Positions 49,601 to 60,400 are shown, numbered from the stretch's first letter. The stretch is 64,000 nucleotides of DNA from an uncultured Acidobacteriota bacterium (GCA_963822445.1 CAWGHO010000003.1:1248001-1312000), one strand, 5' to 3'. A program made the numbers and translations. Notes: generated by a model from the letters alone, not told the origin.

Positions 49601-52600
49601 CGATCAGCGCGACCGAGGTGCGGCCGGCGCAGGGATCGGGCTGCGGAACGGTGAAGGTGATCGCGTCCGAGCGCGTGTTCGGGCAGGCGCTGAAGCGCGC
49701 GTCGACGTAGGCGACGATCGAACCGGGAGGAACAATGGCGCTGAGCGAGAGCGCGCCGTCGGTGCTGCCGATGTTCTGCGCGGCCGTGCCGTCGACTTCG
49801 ATCCAGAGGTTGTAGCCGATGGCGTTGGCGACGGCGTTCCAGGAGAAGAGGACGGGCGAAGTCTGAATCGCTCCTGCCGGCGCGGTGAATTGCGGGCGGC
49901 CGTTGGTCGCGCAGGTGCTCGAGGGCGGGACGGTGAAGGCGTGCTGCGCGGACGTCAGCGGGTTGCAGCCCGAAGCGAGGTTGGCCACGACGTACCAGGA
50001 GCTGACGCCGCTGGGGACCGGGCGGGTGAGTTTCAACGAGGAAGTCGAGCCGGCCAGCGTGGTCGCGCCTTCGGTGGTGATCCAGACGTCGTAGCTGACG
50101 GCGTTCGCCACCGCGCTCCATTCGAACGTCACCGGCGCACTGACCGTCGCACCGTTGGCCGGCGAGAGCAGCGAAGCGGGCGTCGTCGCGCAAACGGGCG
50201 AGGGCAGGGTGATGACGGTCGTTGCCGACGCGGAGTTGTTTGCGCTGTTCGGGTCGGGCGTGACGTTGCCGTTGACCAGGGCGGTGTTGGTGATCGTTCC
50301 TGCCTGCGAGGGGGCCAGCACGAGGAGGCTGATCGTGCTCGACGAGCCCGCGGGCACGTTGCCGCTGCATTTGAACTCGCCCGGCAGCGAGGAGCAGGTC
50401 CAGATGCCGTCGGTGAAGCTGACGACAGTGAGGCCGGCCGGGAGCAGGTCGACGATCGACGCGTTCTGCGACAGGGCCGGACCGTTGTTGACGACGCCGA
50501 TCGTGTAGGTGAACTGCGATCCGGCCTGCACGCTGGCGGGCGCGGACTTGGTGATGGACAGGTCGGCGGCCGCGGGCGTGCTGCTCGCGACTTCGACGGC
50601 GGCGCTGCCGGTGCTGGTGCAGCCGTTCAGGGTGACGTTGACGGTCAGCGTGATCGGGCCGTTCTCACCGGCGGAGAAGGTGATGCTCGAAGTTCCCGCG
50701 CCGGCGCTGATGGTGCCGTTGGTGATCGACCAGGCGTAGGTCGCGCCGGCTTCCGGCGTCACCGAGGCGACGTGGCCGTTGGTCGAGGCGTCGACGGTCG
50801 ACGGCGCGGTGATGACCGAGCTCGGAACGGGAGTGATGGGAATCGTCGCGTTGCCGGTAGAGGTGCAGCTGCCGGTGGTGACGGTGACGCCGAGGACGAC
50901 CTGGGTGGTGATCTGCGCGGTGAAGCTCACCGATGGGCCGTCGCTGGCACCGTTGAAGAAGCCGCCGCTGATGGTCCAGGCGTAGCTCGATCCAGGCTGC
51001 GAGGGAACTGATGCAACGTGGCCGCTCGAGCCGGCGCAGACGCTGGCCGGCGCGGTGATGTTCGCGGTGGGGCTGCTGTTCAGCGTGACCGTGTGCGTGT
51101 CGCTGGCCGGGCAGCCGTTGGCATCCGTGACGTTGACGGTGTAGGTCGTGTCCGCCACAGGCGTGACGGTGATCGTCTGCGAGGTCGCGCCGGTGGACCA
51201 GGAGTAGCTGGCGAAATTCGGACCGGCATCGAGGACCACCGGCGACGCCGGGCAGGTCGAGGTCGGACCGGAGATGACCACGGACGGCGCTGGAGTGACG
51301 GTCACGTTCGTCGCTGCCGACGTCGCGGTGCAACCGTTCGCATCGGTCACGGTGACGCTGAAGTTGCCGGAGGTCGCAACGGTGATCGACGGCGTGGTGG
51401 CGCCGTTGGACCAGAGGTACGACGAACCGGCGCTGGCGGTCAGGGTGACGCTGCCGCCGGGGCAGAACGTGGTTGGGCCGGAAGGCGTGATCGTGGCCGG
51501 CTGGGCCTGAAGCACGGTGACGCTGGTCGGCGACGAGGTGGCGCTGCAACCGCCGGCGTTGGTGACGGTCACGGTGTGCGAGCTGGTGTTGGAAACCGTG
51601 ATCGATTGCGAGGTCGCGCCGTTGGACCAGGCGTAACTGGTCATACCCACCGGAGCGGTGAGGGTGACGCTGCCGCCGGCGCAGAACGTGGTGGGGCCGG
51701 ATGCGGTGATCGTGGCCGTGGGAGGCGGCGTGACGGTGACGTTCGTCGGCGACGAGGTTGCGCTGCAGCCGCTGCCGTCGGTGACGGTGACGCTGAACGA
51801 ACCGGTGGCGTTGACGGTGATCGATTGCGACGTGGCGCCGGTGGACCACAGATAGCTGGTCATCGCCGCGGGCGCGGTAAGGGTCACGCTGCCGCCGGTG
51901 CAGAAGGTGGTCGGACCGGACGAGGTGATGGTGGTGTCGGGCGCGGGATTGACGGTCACCGCAACCGGCGCCGAGGTGGCGGTGCAGCCCGAACCGTCGG
52001 TGACGGTCACGCTGTACGAGCCGGTGGCGTTGACGGTGATCTGCTGCGTGGTCGCGCCGTTCGACCAGAGGTAATCGGTCATGCCTGCGTTCGCGGTCAG
52101 GGTGACGCTGCCGCCCGCGCAGAACGTGGTCGGACCGGAAGCGGTGATGCTCGCGGTCGGCGCGGGATTGACGCCGACGTTCGTCGCAGCCGACGTGGCC
52201 GTGCAGCCGTTGCCGTCGGTGACGGTCACGCTGTACGAGCCGCTGCTGGTGACGTTGATCGATTGCGTGTTGCCGCCGTTCGACCAGGCGTAGGTGGTCA
52301 TGCCCGCCGGTGCGGTGAGGGTGACGCTGCCGCCGGCGCAGAACGTCGTCGGGCCGGACGGAGTGATGGTCGTATCGGGCGGTGCGTTGACGGTGACGAG
52401 GGTCGGAGCGGACGTCGCCGAGCAGCTGTTCGCGTCGGTGATGGTCACCGCGTACGAGCCGGTGTTGGTCACGACGATCGACGGCGTGGTCGCGCCGTTG
52501 GACCAGGCGTAGCTGGTTATGCCCGCGGGCGCGTTCAGTGTGACCTGGCCGCCGGTGCAGAACGTGGTCGGGCCGGACGGGGTGATGGTGGCGTTGGGCG

Positions 52601-55600
52601 GGTTGTTGACGGTGACGACCGTCGGTGCGGACGTGGCCATGCAGCCCGCCGCGTCGGTGACGTCGACGGTCAGAGTCTCGGTCGCGGAGATGACCACGGA
52701 CTGCGTGGTCGCGCCGTTGGACCAGAGCCAGGACGCGCCGTTGTTGGCGTTCAGGGTGACGCTGCCGCCGGTGCAGAAGGTGGTCGGGCCGGAGGGGGTG
52801 ATCGTCGCCGTCGGCGTGGAGACATTGACGGTGAAGACAGTCGTCGCCGTGGGACAGCTCGTGACGAAGACGTCGACCTGAATGCTGAGCGGATTCACGG
52901 TGCCGGCATCGAAGGTGATGCTCGTGCCGTTCGTCGGCGAAGTGATGGTGCCGTTGCCGGCGATGACGGTCCAGGCGTAGGTCGCGCTGGGGACCGCCGG
53001 AATCGAGGCGGTGTGGCCGGTCGTATTCGCGCAGACCGTCGCCGGATAGGTCACGACCGGGTTGGCCGGGCAGCCGACGACGCCGACGGAGACGCTGCTG
53101 CTGTTGTTGCCGCTGTTCGCATCAGGCGTGGTGGTGCTGACCGTGGCCGTGTTGACGACGGTGGTGCCGCTGGCCGGAGCCGTGACGTTGAGAGTGATGT
53201 TCGGAGCCGCGCCGGGTGCCAGCGCGCCCGCGTTGTACGTGCAGGTAATGGTGGTCGTGCCGGTGCAGTTCCAGTTGGTGTCGCTCGGGTCCGCGTTGAG
53301 CGTGACGCCGGCGGGCAGCGTGTCGGTGACGGTGACGTTCGCTGCCGTGCCCGCGCCGATGTTGCTGACGGCGAGCGTGTAGCTGAAGACAGAACTGGTC
53401 GGAACCGTCGCGGCGGAGGCCGTCTTGGAGATGGTCAGGTCCGGCGCCGGCGTGACGGTGAACGTACCGCCGGTGGTGGTGCCGACGGAGTTCGTGATCG
53501 AGATCGCGCCGGTGGTCGCGCCGCTGGGCACGGTCGCGGTGATCGAGCCGTTGCCGTTGACGGTGAAGATCGAGTTGACGCCGTTGAACTTCACGGCGGT
53601 CGAGGAGAAGAAGTTCGAGCCGGTGATGGTCACCGTCGTGCCGACCGGTCCGCTGGTGGGCGTGAAGCCGCTGATGGTCGGCGCCGAGCCGGGGTTGATG
53701 TTGGTCGTGTCGGTGTCGGTGTTGTTCGCCGGGAGGTGATCGCTTTGATCGGCGGTGACCGAAGCGGTCGCGCTGATCTGACCGACCTGCGTGGGGGTGA
53801 CGATGACGGTGATGTTCTTCGAGGTCGACCCCGCGACCTGGGTCCAGGTGCAGGTGAGGGTGCTTCCGCTGAGGCTGCACGCGCCGGCGTCGCTGGTCGT
53901 CGGCGCGGCCGAGACAAAGGTAGTGGTCGGATCGAGGGCCAGGGTCATCACCGGATTGGTGGCCTTCGAGCTCGAGGCGTTGAAGACGGTGATGCTGTAG
54001 GTGACGTTGCCGGCGGCGAGGACGCGCGGATCCGGGCTGTCGGTCATCGTCAGCTGCAGGTTGATCGTGGCGTTGACGGTCGTCGTTTCGCTGCCGCTGT
54101 TGTTGCCCGGCACGTGATCGCCCTGATCGGCGGCCACGGATGCGGTGAGCGTGTTCGTGCCGCCGGCGCCGGGTGTGACGATGAGGGTGACGGACGGCTG
54201 GTTGAAGGCGTTGTGGTTGGCCCAGGTGCAGGTCACGACGCCCGGTGACGACAGCGTGCAGGTGCCGCTCAGAGTGGCGGTCGCGGAAACGAACGTCGAC
54301 GAGGCCGGGAGGTTCAGCGTGAGGACGGCGTTCGTGGCTTTCGAGGTGGAGGCGTTGTAGGTGTTGATGGTGTAGGTGACGTTGCCCTGGCCGAGGGTGA
54401 TGTCGGCAGGGTTGTCGTTGAGGCTCGTGACCTGCAGATCGATCGTCGCGTTGACGGTCGTCGTTTCCGACTCGGAATTGTTCGCGGGAACGTGGTCGCT
54501 CTGATCACTGCTCGCGTAGCTGGCGGTCAGCGTGTTCGTGCCGCCAGCACCGGGCGTGATGATGAGGGTGATCGAGGGCTGGTTGAAGGCGTTGTGCGTG
54601 GCCCAGTTGCAGGTCACGACGCCGGGTGAGGTCAGGCTGCACGTTCCGCTCAGGGTTGCGCTCGCGGAAACGAACGTCGACGAGGCCGGGAGGTTGAGAG
54701 TGAGGGCGGTGTTGGTGGCCTTCGACGACGAGGCGTTGTAGGTGCTGATGCTGTAGGTGACGTTGCCCTGGCCGAGGGTGACGTCGGCGGGGCTGTCGTT
54801 GATGCCATTCATCTGCAGGTCGATGGTGGCGTTGACGGTTGTCGTCTCCGACTCGCTGTTGTTGCCGGGAACGTGATCGCTCTGATCGCTGCTCGCGTAG
54901 CTCGCGGTCAGCGTGTTGGTACCGCCGGCGCCGGGGGTGACGATGAGCGTGACGGACGGCTGGTTGAAGGCGTTATGCGTGGCCCAGTTGCAGGTCACCA
55001 CGCCGGGCGTGGTCTCGCTGCAGGTACCGCTGAGCGTGGCGCTGGCGGAGACGAACGTCGACGAAGCCGGGAGATTGAGGGTGAGCACGGTGTTGGTGGC
55101 CTTCGACGTCGAGGCGTTGTACGTGCTGATGGTGTAGGTGACGTTGCCCTGCCCCAGGGTGATGTCGGCGGGGTTGTCGCTGATGCCATTCATCTGCAGA
55201 TCGATGGTGGCGTTGACGGTCGTGGTCTCGGACTCGCTGTTGTTGCCGGGGAGGTGATCGCTCTGATCGCTGCTGGCGTAGCTCGCGGTGAGCGTGTTCG
55301 TGCCACCCGCGCCAGGCGTCACGATGAGCGTGACCGTAGGCTGGTTGAAAGCGTTGTGGGTGGCCCAGTTGCAGGCGACGACGCCGGGCGTGGTCTCGCT
55401 GCACGTGCCGCTGAGCGTTGCACTCGCGGAAACGAACGTCGAGGAGGCGGGGAGATTGATCGTGAGAACGGTGTTGGTGGCCTTCGAGGTCGAGGCGTTG
55501 TAGGTGCTGATGCTGTACTGGACGTTGCCCTGACCCAGAGTGATGTCAGCCGGGTTGTCGCTGATGCCATTCATCTGCAGGTCGATGGTGGCGTTGACGG

Positions 55601-57188
55601 TCGTCGTCTCCGACTCGCTGTTGTTCCCGGGGACGTGATCGCTCTGATCGCTGCTGGCGTAATTCGCGGTGAGCGTGTTCGTGCCGCCGGCACCGGGGGT
55701 GACGATGAGCGTGACCGACGGTTGGTTGAAGGCGTTGTGGACGGCCCAGTTGCAGGTGACGACACCGGGCGTGGTCTCGCTGCACGTGCCGCTGAGCGTT
55801 GCGCTCGCGGAGACGAACGTCGATGAGGCCGGGAGATTCAGGGTCAGGACGGTGTTGGTGGCCTTCGAGGTCGAGGCGTTGTAGGTGCTGATGGTGTACT
55901 GGACGTTGCCCTGGCCCAAAGTGACATCGGGCGGGTTGTCGCTGATGCCATTCATCTGCAGATCGATGGTGGCGTTGACGGTCGTGGTCTCCGACTCGCT
56001 GTTGTTGCCGGGAAGGTGATCGCCCTGGTCGGTGCTGGCGTAGCTCGCGTTCAGCGTGTTGGTGCCGCCGGCACCGGGCGTGATGATGAGCGTGACCGAA
56101 GGCTGGTTGAAGGCGTTGTGGACGGCCCAGTTGCAGGTGACGACACCGGGCGTGGTCTCACTGCACGTGCCGCTGAGGGTCGCGCTGGCCGAAACGAACG
56201 AAGACGAGGCCGGGAGATTGAGGGTCAGGACGGTATTGGTCGCCTTCGAGGTCGAGGCGTTGTAGGTGCTGATGTTGTACTGGACGTTGCCCTGCCCGAG
56301 GGTGACGTCAGCCGGGTTGTCGCTGATGCCATTCATCTGCAGGTCGATGGTGGCGTTGACGGTCGTGGTCTCCGACTCGCTGTTGTTGCCGGGAACGTGA
56401 TCGCCCTGGTCGGTGCTGGCGTAGCTGGCGGTCAGCGTGTTGGTGCCGCCGGCGCCGGGCGTGATGATGAGCGTGACGGAAGGCTGGTTGAAGGCGTTGT
56501 GGACGGCCCAGTTGCAGGTGACCACGCCCGGCGACGACTCACTGCACGTCCCGCTGAGAGTCGCACTCGCGGACACGAAGGTCGACGAGGCGGGGAGGTT
56601 GATGGTGAGAACGGTGTTGGTCGCCTTCGACGACGAGGCGTTGTAGGTGCTGAGGTTGTACTGAACGTTGCCCTGCCCGAGGGTGATGTCCGCCGGGTTG
56701 TCGCTGATGCCATTCATCTGCAGGTCGATGGTGGCGTTGACCGTGGTGGTCTCCGACTCGGTGTTGTTCAGCAGGTTGGGATCGCCCTGATCGCCGGTGA
56801 CGCTGGCGGTGAACGTGTTCGTACCGCCAGCGCCGGGCGTGACGATGATGGTGGCCGTGGCGGAGTTGAAGGCGTTGAGCGTGGGCCAGGTGCACTCGAC
56901 CTGTCCGCCGCCGATGTCGCCGCAGACGCCGCTGCCGGTTGCGCTCGACGAAACGTACGTCGCCGAGGTGGGCAGGGTGTTCGTCAGGACGACGTTGGTC
57001 GCCGTCGACGAGCCGGTGGAGTTGTAGATGTTGACCGTGTACTGGACGTTGCCCTGGCCGAGGGTGATGTCGGGCGGGTTGTCACTGATCCCGTTCATCT
57101 GCAGATCGATGGACTGCGCGAAGGCAGCCCCGCAGAAAAGCAGTGAGCACACAATCGCCGCAACGGCGCTGGTCGAGAACTTGCGCAT
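46686..57188 (-). CDS. Giant secreted protein (3500 aa): nine tandem DUF11-like domains, IPT/TIG domain, GPTTFC Ig-like repeats, six FN3-like domains, BACON-like domain, shared C-terminal module
   Basis: Signal peptide ending GAAFA; repeats visible in translation; PTISGFTPTSGPVGTTVTITGSNF (IPT); ends with DLKTNDPTYIPAQ. Confidence 0.92.
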   Translation of the reverse strand: MRKFSTSAVAAIVCSLLFCGAAFAQSIDLQMNGISDNPPDITLGQGNVQYTVNIYNSTGSSTATNVVLTNTLPTSATYVSSSATGSGVCGDIGGGQVECTWPTLNAFNSATATIIVTPGAGGTNTFTASVTGDQGDPNLLNNTESETTTVNATIDLQMNGISDNPADITLGQGNVQYNLSTYNASSSKATNTVLTINLPASSTFVSASATLSGTCSESSPGVVTCNWAVHNAFNQPSVTLIITPGAGGTNTLTASYASTDQGDHVPGNNSESETTTVNATIDLQMNGISDNPADVTLGQGNVQYNISTYNASTSKATNTVLTLNLPASSSFVSASATLSGTCSETTPGVVTCNWAVHNAFNQPSVTLIITPGAGGTNTLNASYASTDQGDHLPGNNSESETTTVNATIDLQMNGISDNPPDVTLGQGNVQYTISTYNASTSKATNTVLTLNLPASSTFVSASATLSGTCSETTPGVVTCNWAVHNAFNQPSVTLIVTPGAGGTNTLTANYASSDQSDHVPGNNSESETTTVNATIDLQMNGISDNPADITLGQGNVQYSISTYNASTSKATNTVLTINLPASSTFVSASATLSGTCSETTPGVVACNWATHNAFNQPTVTLIVTPGAGGTNTLTASYASSDQSDHLPGNNSESETTTVNATIDLQMNGISDNPADITLGQGNVTYTISTYNASTSKATNTVLTLNLPASSTFVSASATLSGTCSETTPGVVTCNWATHNAFNQPSVTLIVTPGAGGTNTLTASYASSDQSDHVPGNNSESETTTVNATIDLQMNGINDSPADVTLGQGNVTYSISTYNASSSKATNTALTLNLPASSTFVSASATLSGTCSLTSPGVVTCNWATHNAFNQPSITLIITPGAGGTNTLTASYASSDQSDHVPANNSESETTTVNATIDLQVTSLNDNPADITLGQGNVTYTINTYNASTSKATNAVLTLNLPASSTFVSATATLSGTCTLSSPGVVTCTWANHNAFNQPSVTLIVTPGAGGTNTLTASVAADQGDHVPGNNSGSETTTVNATINLQLTMTDSPDPRVLAAGNVTYSITVFNASSSKATNPVMTLALDPTTTFVSAAPTTSDAGACSLSGSTLTCTWTQVAGSTSKNITVIVTPTQVGQISATASVTADQSDHLPANNTDTDTTNINPGSAPTISGFTPTSGPVGTTVTITGSNFFSSTAVKFNGVNSIFTVNGNGSITATVPSGATTGAISITNSVGTTTGGTFTVTPAPDLTISKTASAATVPTSSVFSYTLAVSNIGAGTAANVTVTDTLPAGVTLNADPSDTNWNCTGTTTITCTYNAGALAPGAAPNITLNVTAPASGTTVVNTATVSTTTPDANSGNNSSSVSVGVVGCPANPVVTYPATVCANTTGHTASIPAVPSATYAWTVIAGNGTITSPTNGTSITFDAGTVNPLSIQVDVFVTSCPTATTVFTVNVSTPTATITPSGPTTFCTGGSVTLNANNGASWLWSNGATTQSVVISATETLTVDVTDAAGCMATSAPTVVTVNNPPNATITPSGPTTFCTGGQVTLNAPAGITSYAWSNGATTPSIVVTNTGSYAVTITDANSCSATSAPTLVTVNAPPDTTITPSGPTTFCAGGSVTLTAPAGMTTYAWSNGGNTQSINVTSSGSYSVTVTDGNGCTATSAATNVGVNPAPTASITASGPTTFCAGGSVTLTANAGMTDYLWSNGATTQQITVNATGSYSVTVTDGSGCTATSAPVAVTVNPAPDTTITSSGPTTFCTGGSVTLTAPAAMTSYLWSTGATSQSITVNATGSFSVTVTDGSGCSATSSPTNVTVTPPPTATITASGPTTFCAGGSVTLTAPVGMTSYAWSNGATSQSITVSNTSSHTVTVTNAGGCSATSSPTSVTVLQAQPATITPSGPTTFCPGGSVTLTASAGSSYLWSNGATTPSITVATSGNFSVTVTDANGCTATSAATNVTVTPAPSVVISGPTSTCPASPVVLDAGPNFASYSWSTGATSQTITVTPVADTTYTVNVTDANGCPASDTHTVTLNSSPTANITAPASVCAGSSGHVASVPSQPGSSYAWTISGGFFNGASDGPSVSFTAQITTQVVLGVTVTTGSCTSTGNATIPITPVPSSVITAPSTVDASTNGHVASVTPEAGATYAWSITNGTISAGAGTSSITFSAGENGPITLTVNVTLNGCTSTGSAAVEVASSTPAAADLSITKSAPASVQAGSQFTYTIGVVNNGPALSQNASIVDLLPAGLTVVSFTDGIWTCSSLPGEFKCSGNVPAGSSSTISLLVLAPSQAGTITNTALVNGNVTPDPNSANNSASATTVITLPSPVCATTPASLLSPANGATVSAPVTFEWSAVANAVSYDVWITTEGATTLAGSTSSLKLTRPVPSGVSSWYVVANLASGCNPLTSAQHAFTVPPSSTCATNGRPQFTAPAGAIQTSPVLFSWNAVANAIGYNLWIEVDGTAAQNIGSTDGALSLSAIVPPGSIVAYVDARFSACPNTRSDAITFTVPQPDPCAGRTSVALIAPANNTLINSSSVEMQWTEAATADGYRVFASVDGAAPAVVGETTSETSLRTTFERGDVIWFVQALYDGCAATESARHRFTIPARNECSNDKPQLVSPVNQQNVTTATVTLDWNGVADAIGYEVWLGLDNGTPTLIATTPATVTSLVHLVPPGELSWFVRALIDRCPTRDSQSARFTYTPPAACEQNHRALLSAPLDDASIAAPVDFDWNHPGASRYELYVIRGTDAPVMIANTTASEANDIALATGNYRWFVRAFYGETCAPLDSIEHTLEIISTPAACATLSTPIVSAPGQISSGVEFVLQWTPIAGATSYQLQLSTSESFEPSSVISTTATEHELVVATTTPTARYARVRALDARCTPTATVGAFGPVSAIFILPSNESDGSAQFGDGSVITYTLPLGAELAGQTFTAITTEAWLSVSPASGVVPAGGIILTVTANTAGLPPGTSLGSVTINLNESGRVKTEGTSVSVPFGVSLVTPVTPTPKNTPPPDALVIPAVANADGIGSHFQSDVRVSNTSAQLMKYQLSFVPTGEAGITAGRQTTFTIEPGRTVALDDILKTWFGTGTSNAVGSLEVRPLTEVAKSTSSAAVGALANLVTFASSRTFNATPNGTFGQYIPAIPFANFIGKSTDALQPTILSLQQIAQSDKYRTNLGFVEASGEPAHLLVKVFGATGQKLTEFEVKLNGGQHTQLNGVLAQHGITSLDDGRVEVQVASGNGKVTAYASVLDNKTADPLLVSPVTLSSTGNTKWVVPGVADISNGTTNWQSDVRVFNAGSTSTDVTLSFISQNGGEPKTTTMTLAAGEVRQLDRVLSLFNASQDGGALHIATPTESRLIATARTYNQTTQGTYGQFISAVTPAESVAVGSRPLQLLQVEESARYRSNIGFAEVTGKPVTLEVSIVPPDAKFTATLQVDLGPNEFRQLNSMLTGVGVGDIYNARVSVRAVSGEGRATTYASVIDLKTNDPTYIPAQ
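51290..52815 (-). repeat. Seven 216-219-bp repeats (IT.SGPTTFC.GGSVTL)
   Basis: GCAGAA marker at 51462, 51681, 51900, 52119, 52338, 52557 and 52773. Confidence 0.85.
53700..57113 (-). repeat. Nine tandem ~381-bp (127-aa) repeats
   Basis: CATCTGCAG marker at 57096, 56715, 56334, 55953, 55572, 55191 and 54810; more diverged units near 54429 and 54054. Confidence 0.92.
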
Positions 57189-57306
57189 CTGGCCCCTCTC
57201 TGGGTTGGAGAACGCTCATTTTACAAGAGTTTCAAATAACTCTGGAAGGGGAGCGTCGATTAGATGTAAGTCGGGGGAGGGAGGGGGGCAGTGCGGAAGG
57301 TCACAA

Positions 57307-57407
57307 GCAGTGGGCAGTGGGCAGTAGGCAGGGAGGAGAACCTCTAACTGGTTCTCCTGCCTACTGCCTACTGCGAGCCGCGCTTGGCGCGGCGTACTGC
57401 CTACTGC
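57307..57407. repeat. Composite heptamer-repeat palindromic element, copy 2
   Basis: (GCAGTRG)x3, GGAGAACC...GGTTCTCC, (CTACTGC)x2, GCCGCGC-TTG-GCGCGGC, (STACTGC)x2; same orientation as copy 1 and contains the giant gene's stop codon. Confidence 0.85.
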
Positions 57408-60400
57408 GCTGGTACGTACGTCGGGTCGTTCGTCTTCATGTCGATCACGCTGGCGTAGGCCGCGACGCGGCCGGCGCCTTCGACGACGCGGACGGTCACG
57501 CGGGCGTTGAAGGTATCGGCCAGCCCGACGGTCTTGAGGAGTGAGCCGATCTGGCGGAACTCGTTCGGACCGAGATCGACCTGCAGCAGTGCGGTGAACT
57601 TCGCGTCCGGCGGCACGACACTGATCTCCACCCGAACCGGACTCCCCATCACCTCGGCCAGACCGATGTTCGAGCGGAACCGGTCCGACTCCTCGACCTG
57701 CAGCAGCTGCAAGGGCCGGGTGCCGGCGCCGGCGGCTTCGAGCGGGGTGACGGCGGAAATGAACTGGCCGTACGTGCCCTGCGTGGTCTGGTTGTAGGTG
57801 CGGGCCGTGGCGATGAGCCGCGCGTCGGAGGCCGTGTCGATGTGCACGGCGCCGCCGTCGTTCGCCGCGCCGAACACGGTCGAGAGGGTCTTGTCGTAGT
57901 TGAGAACCTGACCGGCGGGGATGGTGACGTTGGCCGTCTTCGGCGCGCCGCCGTTCTGCGAGTAGAACGACAGCGTGGCCGGTACTTCGGTCGTGCCGGC
58001 GTTGAAGACGCGCAGGTCGGTCTGCCAGTTGGCGGTGCCGTTGTTCAGATCGGCGACACCCGGCACGACCCACTTGCGGTTGCCTTCCGCGCCAAGGGTG
58101 ATCGGCGAAACGAGCAGCGGATCGCTGGTTTCGTTGTCGAGCACCGAAGCGTAGGCGGTGACCTTGCCGCCGCCGGAGACGACTTCGACTTCGATGCGTC
58201 CGTCGCTCAGCGAGCTGACGCCCTTCTGCGCGAGGACTCCGTTGAGCTGCAGATGCTGGCCGCCGTTGAGCACGACCGGGAAGTCGGTGAGCCGCTGGCC
58301 GTTGGAGCCGAAGACCTTCACCAGCAGCGAGGCCTGCTGGCCCGAGCCTTCGACGAGGCCGAGGTTGGTGCGGTACTTCGAGGACTGGGCGATCTGCTGC
58401 AGCGAAAGCACCGTCGGCGCGATTGAGTTGGCGGACTTGCCGATGAAGTTCGCGAACGGAATGGCCGGGATGTGCTGGCCGAAGGTTCCGTTCGAGGTGA
58501 CGTTGAACGTGCGCGACGAGGCGAACGTGGAGAGGTTCGCCAATGCGCCGACGATCGCGCTGGAGGTGTTGGTGGTGGTCTGCGTCAGCGGACGCACTTC
58601 CAGCGTGCCGGTGGAGCTGGCCGAGCCGGTGCCGAACCAGGACTTGAGGATGTCGTCCATGGCAACGGTGCGTCCGGGCTCGATCGAGAAGGTGGTCTGG
58701 CGTCCGGAGGTGATGCCGGCGTCGCCGCTGGGGATGTACGTCAGTTGATATTTGAGGAGCTGCGCCGAGGTGTTGCTGACGCGGACGTCGGACTGGAAGT
58801 GCGAGTTGATTCCGTCGGCGTTGGCGACGGCGGGGATGATCAGCGCGTCCGGCGGCGGAGTGCTCTTCGGCGACGGACTGACCGGCGTGACGAGACTCAT
58901 GTTGATCGGGCTCGTGACCGTGGTGGTGCCGGTCGACTTCACGCGGCCGGCGAGACCGTCATTGAGGGTGATGGTGATCCCGCCGAGGCTCGTGCCGACG
59001 CCGACGGCGCTGGTGTCGGCGGTGACGATCAGATTCATTCCGCCGGCCGGGACGACGCCAGATGCCGGCGCGACGGTGAGCCAGGTCTGGGTCGGAACGG
59101 CGGTGAAGCTCTGGCCGGCGAACTGCGCGCCGAGGTTGATGGTGTAGGTGACCGGCTCCGATCCGGCGAGCGGCGCGGCGCCTTCGCTGCCCTGCGCGGG
59201 CAGAACGAAGATCGCCGAGACCGGACCGTAAGCCGTGATCGCGGGCGACGGTGTGCAGCGGCTGTCGATGGCGCGAACACGCGCGTACAGACCGATTGCC
59301 GACGCGGCGTTGTTGGTGCGCACGATTTCGTACTGCGTCGCTGTCGTCGAAACGACTTCGGCACCATCGAAGGCCTCATTCGAAGCGACCTGCAGCTGAT
59401 ACGAGCTCGCACCGGCGACCGGCGTCCACTGCATGAGGAAGGGGATGCCGCTCGAGATCTGGCCGGGCGCGGAGATCACGGGCGGAACGAGGACCGCGCA
59501 TGCCGGCGGCGGCGCGACGATGGTCACGGGCTCTTCGCCCGAATCGAGCGGCGAGCAGCCGTCGAAGAAGGCGCGGACGAACCAGAGATACGAGCCGGCG
59601 GCGAGGGCGATGTCATTCGCCTGCGGCTGCGTGGTCGAGGCGACGAGCGCCGGCGGTTGCGTGGCGCGATGGACGTACAGCTCGTAACGCGTCGCTCCTT
59701 CCGGCGCGCTCCAGGAGAAGTCGGCCGGGGAGGTCAGCGGAGCGGGACCGATCGGGGAGATGGCGATCGGACGATCGTTGCCCTCGCAGGCCGCGGGCGG
59801 CTCGTGGGTGAAGCGGGCCGGCGTCGATTCGCGCGCCGGGCAGCGATCGATGAGCGCGCGGACGTGCCACACGAGATTGCCGGGAGGCACGGAGTAATTG
59901 AAGGTGGTGACGCCCGCGGCGGTGGTGCCGATCAGCGTGGCGCTTTCGTTGCCGAGAGCCAGCCAGACTTCGTAGGCGACGGCGTCGGCGACGCCGTTCC
60001 AGGTGAAGGTGACCGAGCCGTTGGCGACGGTGTTGCCGTTCGGTGCGATGAGCGTGGGCTTGGTGTTGCCGCATTCGTTGCGCGCGGGGATGGTGAAGTT
60101 GAAGCGCGGCGATTCGGTCGACGCGCAACCGGGGTAGAGATTCTCGACGTACCAGACCACCTGGCCGCGCTCGAACACTTCGCGGAGCGAGGTCTCGTTG
60201 GTCGTGCCGATGACTGCCGGGGGCGCGCCGTCGACGGAAGCCCAGACGCGGTACTCGGGCAGCGTCGTGCCGGCGGGAGCGGTCCAGCGCAGTTCGACGG
60301 ACGACGAGTTGACCTGGGAGTTGTTCGCTGGCGAGACCAGCGCGGCCGCACTGCGGTTCGCGCAGGGATCGGGCTGGGGTACGTTGAAGGCGACGCCATC

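Noticed and set aside
53700-57113. Regular periodic repeats as a possible CRISPR array
   Set aside because: The period is 381 bp, in frame within one long ORF, with no unique spacers and no cas genes.
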